Assembly: GCA_050246755.1 (NCBI GenBank)
Contig: JBFWVL010000001.1
Location: forward strand, 256,001 to 320,000
Direction: 5' to 3'
DNA: 64,000 nucleotides
Source of the DNA: Bacteriovoracia bacterium
GTDB lineage: Bacteria > Bdellovibrionota > UBA1018 > CAIPTA01
Shown here piece by piece: positions 19,174-29,211 of this stretch (position 1 is its first letter; every line of letters begins with the position of its first letter). The position numbers and the translations under genes are program-made. The notes under the pieces were generated by a model. It made no database searches, was not told the origin of the DNA, and saw nothing but the letters and a program-made list of their open reading frames with translations.

Positions 19174-20079
19174 TTAACGAATCCGTGATAGCAGCGGCTG
19201 AATTTTCTGCACTTCCGAGCCATTGGCATAGCCTTCCGTCGCTACGCAAGAACCAGATTTGCAGAAATTCCAGCGGCGGCAATCGGCGCGAATATCTTCA
19301 ACGAAATCCGCGTCCGGAAAAGAACGAACCAATACGCCCGCCACTGCGCCCTTGGAATTCAGCACCGGGCTTCCGCTATTGCCGCTCGCCACGTCTAGGT
19401 CGGTGCGGAAAAAATCCTGACCGTACTCGAGCGTTTTGCCGGAACTCACCTTCGCGGGTAAGCCAAGAGGATAACCCACCATGGAAAGCTTTTCGCCAAG
19501 TGCGGGAACCTTACCCGACAGGACAAGCGGCTCACGATCCGTGACGGCGCGATCGAGCCGGATGAGGGCGATATCTTCGCCAAAAATACTTTTCCCCTTC
19601 ACGTTCTGCAGAAAGAAATTCGCGTAGATCACCGATTTGCACTTCACGAGATTGGCCGAAGGAATCCCCGAAAGCGGCGGGCCTTTCCCTTCCGCATCCA
19701 CTTGGTAGTCGAAAAGCCAGCCGAAGGCCTCGCACTGCGGAGTTACGGTATTTTCCACTTTGGTCCAGTTCACGGCGCAGTGACCGGCCGTAACGAGGAG
19801 ATCGGGCGCCACGAGGAAACCGGTGCAGGCGATGGGAGAAACTTTTTCGCTCGCGAAAGACTCGTCGCTGCAGAAATTATAGTTGCTGCGATCGGACAGG
19901 GCGGAGAAATCCAAATCGAGTTTTCCGTTCCCTTCCGAGACGAAGTTCAGCGGCACCTGAAGGGCGGTGCTGCGAGCAACGGCACGGAAGGCACCGGAGG
20001 GCTGAACGCGGTCGTCGGTGCCAAAAATAGCGGCTATGGCCGGAAGAGAGAACAAAAGATAGAGGCCCAGGACGTTCAT
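19174..20079 (-). CDS. Secreted trypsin-like serine protease
   Basis: Signal peptide; IFGTDDR; CTGFLV..DLLVTAGHC (His); DIALIRL (Asp); GNSGSPV (Ser). Confidence 0.88.
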   Translation of the reverse strand: MNVLGLYLLFSLPAIAAIFGTDDRVQPSGAFRAVARSTALQVPLNFVSEGNGKLDLDFSALSDRSNYNFCSDESFASEKVSPIACTGFLVAPDLLVTAGHCAVNWTKVENTVTPQCEAFGWLFDYQVDAEGKGPPLSGIPSANLVKCKSVIYANFFLQNVKGKSIFGEDIALIRLDRAVTDREPLVLSGKVPALGEKLSMVGYPLGLPAKVSSGKTLEYGQDFFRTDLDVASGNSGSPVLNSKGAVAGVLVRSFPDADFVEDIRADCRRWNFCKSGSCVATEGYANGSEVQKIQPLLSRIR

Positions 20080-20135
20080 GCTCAGGGAATAGCCGAAATT
20101 AACGCGATGGTCAATTTCTCAATAACTCCGAGCGG

Positions 20136-20705
20136 CTAAGCCTTTGGTTTCACGTGGGCGCGAATATACTCGATGATGGAATCGATCGAAGTACCGGGGG
20201 TGAAAACCATGCTCACGCCGGCCTTCTTGAGGGCGGGGAAATCGCTATCGGGAATAATACCGCCGATGAGGATCAAAATATCCGACCCTACTTTTACGCC
20301 CTGAGCGCTGAGGCCTTTGATCACCGCGGGCACTAGGTGGTTATGGGCACCGGAAAGGATCGATAGCCCTACTACGTCCACATCCTCTTGGATCGCGGTA
20401 TTCACGATCATTTCGGGAGTTTGGTGGAGGCCGGTATAGACCACCTCGAAACCGGCGTCGCGGCAGGCCCGGGCGATCACTTTAGCACCGCGGTCGTGGC
20501 CATCGAGACCGGCCTTGCCAATCAGCACACGAATATTTCCGCCTTCGCGTTCCACGATAGGAGAATCGGCGAAGATCTGGCGCACGTCGAATTTCATTTT
20601 TTTCGCGGGAGCCGCGGCCGGCTTCTTAGAAACTTTTTTCTTTGGCGCGGCTTTTTTCTTCGCTACCGGTTTCTTCTTCGCTACTGCTTTTTTCTTTTTC
20701 GCCAT
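20136..20705 (-). CDS. Cobalamin-binding small subunit of an acyl-CoA mutase (IcmB-like) with a Lys/Ala-rich N-terminal extension
   Basis: [10 protein letters not shown] (D-x-H-x-x-G); [16 protein letters not shown]; GGIIP; FTPGT. Confidence 0.88.
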   Translation of the reverse strand: MAKKKKAVAKKKPVAKKKAAPKKKVSKKPAAAPAKKMKFDVRQIFADSPIVEREGGNIRVLIGKAGLDGHDRGAKVIARACRDAGFEVVYTGLHQTPEMIVNTAIQEDVDVVGLSILSGAHNHLVPAVIKGLSAQGVKVGSDILILIGGIIPDSDFPALKKAGVSMVFTPGTSIDSIIEYIRAHVKPKA

Positions 20706-20717
20706 AGTCACTTCCAA

Positions 20718-22412
20718 TTAGAAATTCGCGGGATCGCGGTAGATACCATACACTTCGCGGAAAATATCGCAGATCTCGCTTACCGAAGCGTAGGCCTTCA
20801 CGGCTTCGAGAATGGAAGGCATTAGGTTCTTATTGGCCTTCGCGTCTTCCCGGACTTTTTTCAAAGCCGCGGCCAATTTGTCCTTATTGCGCTTTCCCTT
20901 AACTTTTTTCACGAAGGCGATCTGCTCGTCTTCCTTTTCCTGCTCGATCTTCAGCGTAGGAATATCGTGGTCGTCTTCGTCGGTATACTTGTTCACGCCC
21001 ACGATCACTTTTTCTTTGCGGTCGAGCTGCTGTTGGTAGCGGTACGCGGCGGCCGCGATTTCCTTCTGCGGATAGCCTTCGTCGATCGCTTCCACCATAC
21101 CGCCGAGCTCGTAGATTTTATTGATATAGCCGAGGGCCTCTTGCTCGATCTTCGTGGTGAGATGCTCCACGAAGTAGGATCCACCAAGCGGATCCACCGT
21201 ATTCGCCACGCCACTCTCTTCGGCGATGATTTGCTGCGTACGAAGCGCCACTTTCACGGCTTGCTCGGTGGGCAACGCGAGGGTTTCGTCCATGGAGTTG
21301 GTATGGAGGGAATTCGTACCGCCCAATATGGCCGCGAGGGCCTGGAGGGTTACGCGGGCCACGTTGTTCATCGGCTGCTGCGCCGTGAGCGATACGCCGG
21401 CGGTTTGCGCGTGGGTGCGAAGCATCCAGGATTTCGGATTTTTCGCCTTAAAGCGATTTTTCAATTCGCGCGCCCAGATACGGCGGGCGGCTCGGAATTT
21501 GGCGATTTCTTCGAAGAAATCGTTATGCACGTCGAAGAAGAAGGAGAGGCGGGGCGCGAAATCATCCACGTCGAGTCCGCGCTTGATCGCTTCCTCCACG
21601 TAGGCGAGGCCGTCGGCCAAGGTGAATGCCAGCTCCTGGGCAGCCGTGGCCCCGGCTTCGCGGATATGGTAGCCGGAAATAGAAATCGAGTTCCAGCGAG
21701 GTAGCTCGTTGGTGCAGAACTCCACCATGTCGGTCACGAGCTTCACACTCGGGCGCGGCGGGCAAATCCATTCCTTCTGCGCGATGAATTCCTTGAGCAT
21801 ATCAGCCTGAATGGTGCCGCCTAATTTCGCGCGGGAGATACCGCGGTTATCGGCGAGCGCCACGTACATCGCGAGCAGCACGATGGCGGGCGCGTTGATC
21901 GTCATCGAAGTGGTCACTTCATCGAGGGGAATACCGTCGAAGAGAATTTCCATGTCGGCGAGCGTGGTCACGTTCACGCCCTCCCGCCCTACTTCGCCCT
22001 GACTCATTTTATGATCGGCGTCGTAGCCCATGAGGGTGGGCATATCGAAGGCGGTGGAGAGGCCCATCATTCCCTGTGAGAGCAAATACTTGAAACGGGC
22101 ATTCGTATCTTTGGGAGTTCCGAAGCCCGCGAATTGGCGCATGGTCCATTGGCGCCCGCGGTACATATCGGGCTGCACGCCGCGCGTGAAAGGAAATTGA
22201 CCAGGAAAGCCGATATCTTCCAGGGGATCGATGCCCTCGAGGTGGGAAGGGCCGGCCACCAGCGGAACTTCCATATCGGAAATCGTGGTGAAGGAGCGGC
22301 CTTCGTAGGCTTTTTTATTTTTCTCCAAGTGAGGATCGAGAACGGTTTTCCGCCACTCGGCCTCTGCCGCCAGCATTCGTTTCTGTTCGTCGCTTAGATC
22401 GCGTTTCTTCAT
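20718..22412 (-). CDS. icmA: B12-dependent acyl-CoA mutase large subunit, isobutyryl-CoA mutase (IcmA) type
   Basis: WTMRQFAGF (Phe where MCM has Tyr); [17 protein letters not shown] (Gln where MCM has Arg); [11 protein letters not shown]; [11 protein letters not shown]; no B12-binding domain. Confidence 0.75.
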   Translation of the reverse strand: MKKRDLSDEQKRMLAAEAEWRKTVLDPHLEKNKKAYEGRSFTTISDMEVPLVAGPSHLEGIDPLEDIGFPGQFPFTRGVQPDMYRGRQWTMRQFAGFGTPKDTNARFKYLLSQGMMGLSTAFDMPTLMGYDADHKMSQGEVGREGVNVTTLADMEILFDGIPLDEVTTSMTINAPAIVLLAMYVALADNRGISRAKLGGTIQADMLKEFIAQKEWICPPRPSVKLVTDMVEFCTNELPRWNSISISGYHIREAGATAAQELAFTLADGLAYVEEAIKRGLDVDDFAPRLSFFFDVHNDFFEEIAKFRAARRIWARELKNRFKAKNPKSWMLRTHAQTAGVSLTAQQPMNNVARVTLQALAAILGGTNSLHTNSMDETLALPTEQAVKVALRTQQIIAEESGVANTVDPLGGSYFVEHLTTKIEQEALGYINKIYELGGMVEAIDEGYPQKEIAAAAYRYQQQLDRKEKVIVGVNKYTDEDDHDIPTLKIEQEKEDEQIAFVKKVKGKRNKDKLAAALKKVREDAKANKNLMPSILEAVKAYASVSEICDIFREVYGIYRDPANF

Positions 22413-23569
22413 CGCGCGTGCTCCGCTAGTTCGGCGCTCGCGATCACCAGGCGCTGGATCTCGCTCGTGCCTTCGTAAATCTCCGTGATGCGCTGATCGC
22501 GGAAATGGCGCTCGGCCGGATACTCATTCACGTAACCGTAGCCGCCGTGGATTTGCAGTGCTTTGTCCACGATGAAGTTCGCGGCTTCGGAAGCGTAGAG
22601 CTTACCCATCGCGGCTTCACGGGTAAATTTCATACCTTTGTCCTGCATGATGGCGGCCCGCCACACGAGCAAGCGCGCGGCGTCGAGGCGCATGGCCATA
22701 TCGGCGAACATGAACTGGATCCCTTGGTGCTTGGCGATCGGTTTGCCGAAAGTTTCGCGCTCATGGGCGAAACGCTTCGCCGCTTCGATGGCCGCGCGAG
22801 CGATCCCGATGGCTTGCGAAGCGATCCCGATGCGGCCGCCATCGAGGGTGGCCATGGCGATCTTGAAGCCGTCGCCTTCTTTACCGAGCATCTGGTCCAC
22901 GGGAATTTTTACGTTCTCGAAAATCAGCTGCGAAGTGCCGGAGCCGCGGATGCCTAATTTGTGCTCCACTTTACCCACGGTGAGGCCGGGAGTATTCTTA
23001 TCCACCACGAAGGCGCAAACCCCTTTATGCCTTAGGTCGGTGCCGAGGGTAGCGAAGAGAATGATGGTATCGCTCTCGGGTCCGTTGGTGATCCAATTTT
23101 TGGTGCCGTTCACGAGGTAGTGGTCACCCTCTTTCTTGCAGATGGTGATCAGGGCTCCAGCATCGGAGCCCGAGCCCGGCTCGGAAAGCGCGAAGGCGCC
23201 GATTTTTTCTCCGCGCGCCATCGGGGCTAACCATTTTTTATTTTGCTCGGGCGTGGCCCATTTTTTCATGGGGCCGCAAGCAAGGGAATTGTGGGCCGAA
23301 AAAATCACGCCGGTGGAGGCGCAGGCGGCATTGATCTCTTCGCCCACGAGCGCGTAAGTGAGATAGTCGAGGCCGGCGCCGTCGAACTCGGTGGGCACGT
23401 TAATGCCCATCAGGCCCATGGCGCCCATCTGCTTCACGATATCCATGGGAAATTTTCCGGTCTGGTCGATCTCGGCGGCTTTCGGAACGATCTCCTTCTG
23501 AGCGAACTGCTTCACCTGCTCCACGATCATTTTCTGTTCTTCATTGAGATCGATGATACCTAAATCCAT
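22409..23569 (-). CDS. Short-chain acyl-CoA (butyryl-CoA-type) dehydrogenase
   Basis: [12 protein letters not shown]; [10 protein letters not shown]; KLGIRGSGT; [12 protein letters not shown]; QIHGGYGY; [13 protein letters not shown]. Confidence 0.9.
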   Translation of the reverse strand: MDLGIIDLNEEQKMIVEQVKQFAQKEIVPKAAEIDQTGKFPMDIVKQMGAMGLMGINVPTEFDGAGLDYLTYALVGEEINAACASTGVIFSAHNSLACGPMKKWATPEQNKKWLAPMARGEKIGAFALSEPGSGSDAGALITICKKEGDHYLVNGTKNWITNGPESDTIILFATLGTDLRHKGVCAFVVDKNTPGLTVGKVEHKLGIRGSGTSQLIFENVKIPVDQMLGKEGDGFKIAMATLDGGRIGIASQAIGIARAAIEAAKRFAHERETFGKPIAKHQGIQFMFADMAMRLDAARLLVWRAAIMQDKGMKFTREAAMGKLYASEAANFIVDKALQIHGGYGYVNEYPAERHFRDQRITEIYEGTSEIQRLVIASAELAEHAR

Positions 23570-24396
23570 TATTCTCCCTTGAAGGCCGCTTTGCGTTTTT
23601 CCGCGAATGCCCCCATGCCTTCCCGCTGGTCGTGACTGCCGAAGATGCTGCCGAAGAGAAGGGCTTCTTCCCGGAGGGCAGTATCGAGCGGTAGATGATA
23701 AATTTGGTTCATCAGGCGCTTGGAGCGCGAAACCGCCAGCGGCGAGTTACGGCGTATCTCCTGCGCGATTTCCATCGCCCGGGGCAGCAGCGCGGCCAGG
23801 GGAAGAACCTCGTTCGCGAGGCCGATGCGCAGGGCTTCCGCCGCCTTGATCTTACGCCCGGTATAGATCAATTCGCGGGCGCGGGGCAATCCCACGAATC
23901 GCGCCAGACGAATCGAGCCACCGAAGCCCGGAATAATTCCGAGCGCCACTTCGGGCTGGCCGAACACGGCATTCTCCGAAGCTAAGATAAAATCACAGGC
24001 GATCGCGAACTCACAGCCGCCGCCCAAAGCAAAACCATTTACGGCCGCAATCACGGGCTGGGGAAGCAATTCGATCGCGCGGGTCACGGACTGACCGAAA
24101 CGCGCGAAGGCCTCCCCTTCTTCGTGGGACTTATCCTTCATCTCGAGGATGTCCGCGCCGGCCACGAAGCTTTTTTCGCCGGTGCCGGTGAGAATTACCA
24201 CGTCTACGCGCTGCTCTCCCGCCAACGCGGCCCCTTCGCGGCCCGCACCGTGGTGCTCGATCCACACGAGGGCGGAGCGCAGCTCCTGCAAAGTAGCCTG
24301 ATTCAGCGCGTTCAGCGCTTTGGGGCGGTTGAAAGAAAGCGTGGCCACGCCATCTTTCACTTCCAGCAATAGGTTTTCAAATTTGGGAGCCGCCAC
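23569..24396 (-). CDS. crt: Enoyl-CoA hydratase (crotonase)
   Basis: NRPKALNALN; FVAGADI; NGFALGGGCE; FGQPEV.LGIIPGFGG. Confidence 0.82.
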   Translation of the reverse strand: MAAPKFENLLLEVKDGVATLSFNRPKALNALNQATLQELRSALVWIEHHGAGREGAALAGEQRVDVVILTGTGEKSFVAGADILEMKDKSHEEGEAFARFGQSVTRAIELLPQPVIAAVNGFALGGGCEFAIACDFILASENAVFGQPEVALGIIPGFGGSIRLARFVGLPRARELIYTGRKIKAAEALRIGLANEVLPLAALLPRAMEIAQEIRRNSPLAVSRSKRLMNQIYHLPLDTALREEALLFGSIFGSHDQREGMGAFAEKRKAAFKGE

Positions 24397-25280
24397 TAGA
24401 AAGCACCCGGCTTAGTGGGCTTAGCTTCGCCCGAACGATAATCGTAGAAACCGATGCCGGATTTTTTCCCGAAGAGTCCGGCATCCACGTACTGCTTCAA
24501 TAGTGGGCAAGGGCGATACTTGGAATCACCGAGGCCGTCGTGAAGCACGTTCATGATGGCCAAGCAGGTATCAAGGCCGATGAAATCCGCCAGCGTGAAG
24601 GGGCCCATGGGCTGGTTCGTGCCAAGCTTCATCGAAGTATCGATGTCTTCGATGGAAGCCACGCCTTCGTAGAGCGCATAAACCGCCTCGTTGATCATAG
24701 GCATAAGGATGCGGTTCACGGCGAAACCCGGATAATCTCGAGCTTCCACCACCGTTTTGCCCATTTGTTCGGCGAGAGAACGCATCTCGGCGAAAGTTTT
24801 ATCGGAAGTGCGCAAACCGCGGATGCCCTCCACGAGCTTCATTAGAGGCACGGGATTCATGAAGTGCATGCCCACCACTTCGGAAGGTCGTTTCGTTTGG
24901 GCGGCGATCGCAGTGATCGAGATCGAGGAAGTATTCGTGGCGAGGATTACTCCGGGTTTAGCCACTTCGTCTAATTTTCGGAAAATCTGGTATTTCAGTT
25001 CCACTTTTTCGGTGGCGGCTTCCACGATGAAATCGGCGGCTTGGAGATCGGCCATATCGCCGATGGGTTGAATGAGGCCGAGGATCTCTTTCACCTTGCC
25101 GGCATCCATCTTTCCTTTTTCCACCAGGCGGTTGAGGCTCTTTTCGATACCGGCTTTACCGGCCTGCGCGCGGTCTAGGCCTACGTCGTTCAATAGAACC
25201 TTCATTCCGCTTTGGGCCGCTACTTGAGCAATGCCCGCGCCCATCTGCCCTGCGCCCACAACGGCGAATACTTTAACCAT
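24396..25280 (-). CDS. hbd: 3-hydroxybutyryl-CoA dehydrogenase
   Basis: GAGQMGAGIAQV; ATNTSSISIT; GMHFMNPVP; PMGPFTLADFIGLD; KYRPCPLL. Confidence 0.9.
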   Translation of the reverse strand: MVKVFAVVGAGQMGAGIAQVAAQSGMKVLLNDVGLDRAQAGKAGIEKSLNRLVEKGKMDAGKVKEILGLIQPIGDMADLQAADFIVEAATEKVELKYQIFRKLDEVAKPGVILATNTSSISITAIAAQTKRPSEVVGMHFMNPVPLMKLVEGIRGLRTSDKTFAEMRSLAEQMGKTVVEARDYPGFAVNRILMPMINEAVYALYEGVASIEDIDTSMKLGTNQPMGPFTLADFIGLDTCLAIMNVLHDGLGDSKYRPCPLLKQYVDAGLFGKKSGIGFYDYRSGEAKPTKPGAF

Positions 25281-25375
25281 GATTCTCCCGATATTTTATT
25301 GATGCCTGGATCGTGGGGCAGTCTACCAAAAGGACTAGAAAGCTCAATACTTTATGCCACCCGCGGCACGGCGCA

Positions 25376-26305
25376 TTACTTGGAATTTCCGGCCTTGGGA
25401 TGGGCGTCCTGGTACTCACGTAGGAGCTGCTCCATCTCGATATGCGTATATTTTTGCGTGGTGGAGAGGGAAGAGTGGCCGAGCAGCTCCTGAATCACCC
25501 GTAAATCAGCGCCGCGCGCAAGCAGGTGGCTGGCGAAACTATGACGTAGGGTATGGGGGCTCACGTCGGAAGGAAGCCCGGCAAGTAGAGCCGAATCATG
25601 CACGATCCTTTCGATTCCCCGCACGGATAGCCTACCTCCCCGCGAATTTAAAAAGAGCGCGGCCTCTCCTTCCGCGGAGAGAAAATCGCCCCGCTTCACG
25701 AGATATTTTTGGATCGCCGTTTGCGCAAAAGCGCCAAACACCACGAGCCGCTCTTTACGGCCCTTGCCGACCACGCGAATCGTTCCGCCCTCTTTTCCCG
25801 CCGCGGAGATATCTTCCAAATCGAGACCCGCTAGCTCGCTCACGCGCAGCCCGGTGGAATAGAGAAGCTCGAGAATGGCGCGGTTGCGCAGCCCTTCGCG
25901 GCTTTCCGCCTCGGGTGCGTCGAGCAGCTTTTCGGTTTCGCTCACGCTAAGATACACGGGCAGCTTCTTTTCCGCTTTCGGAAGAGGGATTCTCGCGGCC
26001 ACGTTGCTCCCGATCAGGTTTTTCTTATAGAGAAATCGGTAAAAAGAGCGGATGGCCGCCATGTGCCGGGCGATGCTCGAACGCGCCTGCTTTCCATATA
26101 GACTAGAAAGGTAGGTGCGAATATCCAGCTCACTCACGGAGCGTAAATCGCAGCCAGTCCCGCGCAGGGAGCGTTGATGGCGCCGAAAAGATTCCAAATC
26201 GAGGCCGTAATTGCGCAAGGTATGATCCGAAGCCCGCTGCTCCGAACGAAGGTACTCGAAGTAGCGCTCGATCCAGGGGTCGCCTTTTGACGCGGGTTTC
26301 TTCAT
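25376..26305 (-). CDS. xerC: Tyrosine recombinase XerC
   Basis: S.HTLRNY; LELLYSTGLRVSEL; GKGRKER; HTLRHSFASHLL.GADLRVIQELLGHSSLSTTQKYTH; start placed at ATG 26305 (MKKP), 7 nt after TATACT. Confidence 0.85.
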   Translation of the reverse strand: MKKPASKGDPWIERYFEYLRSEQRASDHTLRNYGLDLESFRRHQRSLRGTGCDLRSVSELDIRTYLSSLYGKQARSSIARHMAAIRSFYRFLYKKNLIGSNVAARIPLPKAEKKLPVYLSVSETEKLLDAPEAESREGLRNRAILELLYSTGLRVSELAGLDLEDISAAGKEGGTIRVVGKGRKERLVVFGAFAQTAIQKYLVKRGDFLSAEGEAALFLNSRGGRLSVRGIERIVHDSALLAGLPSDVSPHTLRHSFASHLLARGADLRVIQELLGHSSLSTTQKYTHIEMEQLLREYQDAHPKAGNSK

Positions 26306-26383
26306 CCCCTTGAGTATAGCGCTTCTCCCTATTTCGCTCGGAGAAAAATTGACTTCCATTCGGGCAAACTGAACAATATCCCC

Positions 26384-27430
26384 ATGGAAAAGACCGACGC
26401 CCCCGCTTCGCCCGCCGCCCAAGCCGCGCAAACCACGCTGATTGCGGGCTGTCTTTTCGTGATCGCCGCCATCATGCTTGGCGTGGCCCTTTCCTATACC
26501 CGTTCGGTGATGATTCCTTTCGCTTTCGCGCTCTTCCTCTCTTATTTCATCGTGCCCTGGGTAACTTTTTTCCAAAAAAACCTGCGCTTTCCCCGCTGGC
26601 TGGCCATCACCTTTTCCCTGCTCGGATTCTTGCTCATCATGGTGGGAGTGGTGCTGATACTGCGGGGCTCGATCATCCGCCTGATCGACAGCTTCTACCT
26701 TTACGAGGAGCGCCTCACGCACCTTGCCCAGGTGATTTCCGAATTCGCCCAGCGTTTCGCCGTGAACCTCGATCAGGCCTACGTGCTTGCGCGCATCAAA
26801 GAGCTTCCTCTCTTTTCCTTCGTGCAAAGCGCGGCCGGCACCGTTATGACGTTCGTAGCGGATTTCCTGCTCGTCATGATTTTCTTAATCTTCCTCGTGG
26901 GCGGTAAAGGCGCCGGAGACGAAAAGTCCGGGCTGCAGCTGGAGATCAACCAGAAAATCCGCGGCTACGTTTTAACCAAGCTTTTCACCAACTCGATCAC
27001 CGCAATCTTGATCTGGATCGTGCTTTCGCTTTTCGGCCTCGACCTCGCGTTCATGTTTTCCATGCTCGCCTTTTTCCTCTGCTTCATTCCTACCCTGGGA
27101 TCCATCGTGGCCACCCTCCTACCCCTGCCCATCGCGCTCATCCAGTACAACGAAGCCTGGCCCATCTGGGGCGTAATTCTTTTCCCGGCCCTGATCCAGA
27201 TCCTGATCGGCAATTTCGTGGAGCCGAAAATGCTGGAAAAAGGCCTTGATCTGCATCCCGTCACGATTCTGCTCTCCTTGATGTTTTGGGGACTGATCTG
27301 GGGCCTCGCCGGCATGTTCCTCGCCGTGCCGATCACCGCCGTAATGAAAATCCTTCTCTCGAAGATGCCCTTTACCCGCCGGCTTTCCCTTATGCTCGCG
27401 GGAAGATCTCCTTTACGGGACATGATTTGA
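26384..27430 (+). CDS. AI-2E family transporter
   Basis: Multi-TM; FIPTLGS; IQILIGNFVEPK; LDLHPVTILLSLMFWG.IWG.AGMFLAVP. Confidence 0.9.
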   Translation: MEKTDAPASPAAQAAQTTLIAGCLFVIAAIMLGVALSYTRSVMIPFAFALFLSYFIVPWVTFFQKNLRFPRWLAITFSLLGFLLIMVGVVLILRGSIIRLIDSFYLYEERLTHLAQVISEFAQRFAVNLDQAYVLARIKELPLFSFVQSAAGTVMTFVADFLLVMIFLIFLVGGKGAGDEKSGLQLEINQKIRGYVLTKLFTNSITAILIWIVLSLFGLDLAFMFSMLAFFLCFIPTLGSIVATLLPLPIALIQYNEAWPIWGVILFPALIQILIGNFVEPKMLEKGLDLHPVTILLSLMFWGLIWGLAGMFLAVPITAVMKILLSKMPFTRRLSLMLAGRSPLRDMI

Positions 27431-27480
27431 CGCATTGCTCCCTCCTGGTAGTTCGCACTGCTCCGTGCTAAATCCACCCT

Positions 27481-28878
27481 ATGTTTTCCCCCAAAGTTCA
27501 GGTGATCGGTGCCGGCCTCGCCGGTTGTGAAGCAGCATTCTGGCTCGCCAAGCGCGGGATCCAAGTAGACCTCTACGAAATGCGCCCGAAAAAAATGACG
27601 GAAGCCCATAAGACCGAGGGCCTCGCCGAGCTTGTTTGCTCGAATTCCTTCAAGAGCCTGAGCCCCGTGAGTGCGCCCGGCATGCTCAAGCGCGAGATGG
27701 AAATGCTCGGCTCGCTCGCGATCACCTCCGCGAAAAAAGCGGCCGTGGGAGCCGGCGAAGCCCTCGCCGTGGACAGAGATATTTTCTCCGCCGAAATGAC
27801 GGCCGCGATCGCCGCCCAGCCGAATATTCGTTTACGCCGCGAAGAAGTGCTCACCCTTCCTGATGATCCGTCCATCCTCACGATTCTCGCCACCGGCCCC
27901 CTCACCTCGAGCTCCCTCGCCGAAAGCCTGCAAAAACGCACCGGCACCGAACATTTTTATTTCTACGATGCGATCAGCCCGGTGGTGGACACGGCTTCGC
28001 TGAACATGGACATCATCTTCGCGGCCAACCGCTACGACAAAAAAACCCGCTCCCTCGATGGCACCGAGGTGAATACCGAAGACAGCTCCGACTACCTCAA
28101 TTGCCCGATGACGATGGAACAATACGACGCCTTCATCGACCTTCTCCTGCGCGGCGAACGCGTGGAAGGCAAACCGTTTGAGAAAGTGAAGCACTTCGAG
28201 GGCTGCATGCCGATCGAAGAGATGGCCGACCGCGGGCGCAATACTCCCCGCTTCGGCCCGATGAAGCCCGTGGGCCTCGTGGATCCCAAAACCGGACGCG
28301 AAGCCTTCGCCGCCGTGCAGTTGCGCCCGGAAAATCAGAGCAAGAGCGCCTACAACTTGGTTGGCTTCCAAACCAAGCTAAAATACGGCGAGCAAACGAA
28401 AGTATTCCGCTCCATCCCCGGCCTCGAGAACGCCGAATTCCACCGCTTGGGATCCATGCACCGCAATTCTTTCGTGGATGCTCCCCGCGTGATGAATTTG
28501 GACCTTTCGCTCAAGGAAGCGCGCCACGTGATGCTGGCCGGACAGATCACCGGCGTGGAAGGCTATATGGAGAGCGCCGCGATCGGCATAATCGCCGGGA
28601 TTTTCGCGGAAGCGCGCCTGGCCGAAAGGCCCATCCCGAATCCTCCCGAAGAATCCGCGTTCGGAGCCCTGCTGAGCCATCTCCGCAATACGGCGAACAC
28701 GAACTACCAGCCGATGGGAATTAATTTTTCCCTCTTCGATGATATCGTGTTCACGCAGGCGCTGGCACCGCTGCGCGAGAAATTCAAAAAGAAATTACCC
28801 AAAGACGAAAAGCGTAAAGCCCTCGGCGAGGCCTGTGCCAAAAACGGCGCGGAGTACGCGGCGCGGTTTGGATTGTAG
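27481..28878 (+). CDS. trmFO: tRNA (uracil-5)-methyltransferase, folate/FAD-dependent
   Basis: VIGAGLAGCEAA; AELVCSNS; ALAVDR; FEGCMPIE; FGPMKPVGL; NLVGFQT; AGQITGVEGY. Confidence 0.95.
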   Translation: MFSPKVQVIGAGLAGCEAAFWLAKRGIQVDLYEMRPKKMTEAHKTEGLAELVCSNSFKSLSPVSAPGMLKREMEMLGSLAITSAKKAAVGAGEALAVDRDIFSAEMTAAIAAQPNIRLRREEVLTLPDDPSILTILATGPLTSSSLAESLQKRTGTEHFYFYDAISPVVDTASLNMDIIFAANRYDKKTRSLDGTEVNTEDSSDYLNCPMTMEQYDAFIDLLLRGERVEGKPFEKVKHFEGCMPIEEMADRGRNTPRFGPMKPVGLVDPKTGREAFAAVQLRPENQSKSAYNLVGFQTKLKYGEQTKVFRSIPGLENAEFHRLGSMHRNSFVDAPRVMNLDLSLKEARHVMLAGQITGVEGYMESAAIGIIAGIFAEARLAERPIPNPPEESAFGALLSHLRNTANTNYQPMGINFSLFDDIVFTQALAPLREKFKKKLPKDEKRKALGEACAKNGAEYAARFGL

Positions 28879-29120
28879 TGAAGTTTTTAGCCGCGATTTT
28901 TCTGGTTTTTACTTTTTGCGGCTGCACTTCGGTCCGCATCCTCTCCGACCAAGAACGCGACCAGCATGGCCTCAACGGAATCATCTACGACGCCCGCCTC
29001 TGCCCAGGAAAATTCGATCCCCAGGGCAAAGAGCTCGAGTTCAATCGCCCCTGTGAGATCGTGAACTGCGGGCCGAAGAAGAATAAAATTATTTGTGAGG
29101 CGAGACCGGAAGAAAAATAA
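28878..29120 (+). CDS. Small Cys-containing hypothetical lipoprotein
   Basis: 80 aa, signal with FCG-C lipobox-like motif, four further Cys; coupled to the trmFO stop. Confidence 0.5.
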   Translation: MKFLAAIFLVFTFCGCTSVRILSDQERDQHGLNGIIYDARLCPGKFDPQGKELEFNRPCEIVNCGPKKNKIICEARPEEK

Positions 29121-29211
29121 CGCGCCGCTTCTCCGCTATGGAGTTTCCTCGATTTTACTCTCCGCAACGCCCCCCTTTTCCTGCTAAACTCCCAGCAAAA
29201 CGAGGTTTTAG

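Noticed and set aside
20718-22412. Methylmalonyl-CoA mutase
   Set aside because: The specificity residues are Phe/Gln rather than Tyr/Arg, no epimerase or propionyl-CoA carboxylase is adjacent, and the context is butyryl-CoA oxidation.
20136-25280. Long plus-strand ORFs opposite the mutase operon (e.g. 20967..21704), and similar shadow ORFs elsewhere (41093..41956, 53097..53807, 62449..63138)
   Set aside because: These are antisense open frames expected from GC-rich codon bias; they carry no motifs and lie opposite well-supported genes.
25376-26827. 483-aa tyrosine recombinase with a long N-terminal extension, or a prophage/ICE integrase
   Set aside because: The extension is the antisense of the AI-2E gene. 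From ATG 26305 the protein is a normal XerC near trmFO, and no att sites, tRNA or phage genes are nearby.
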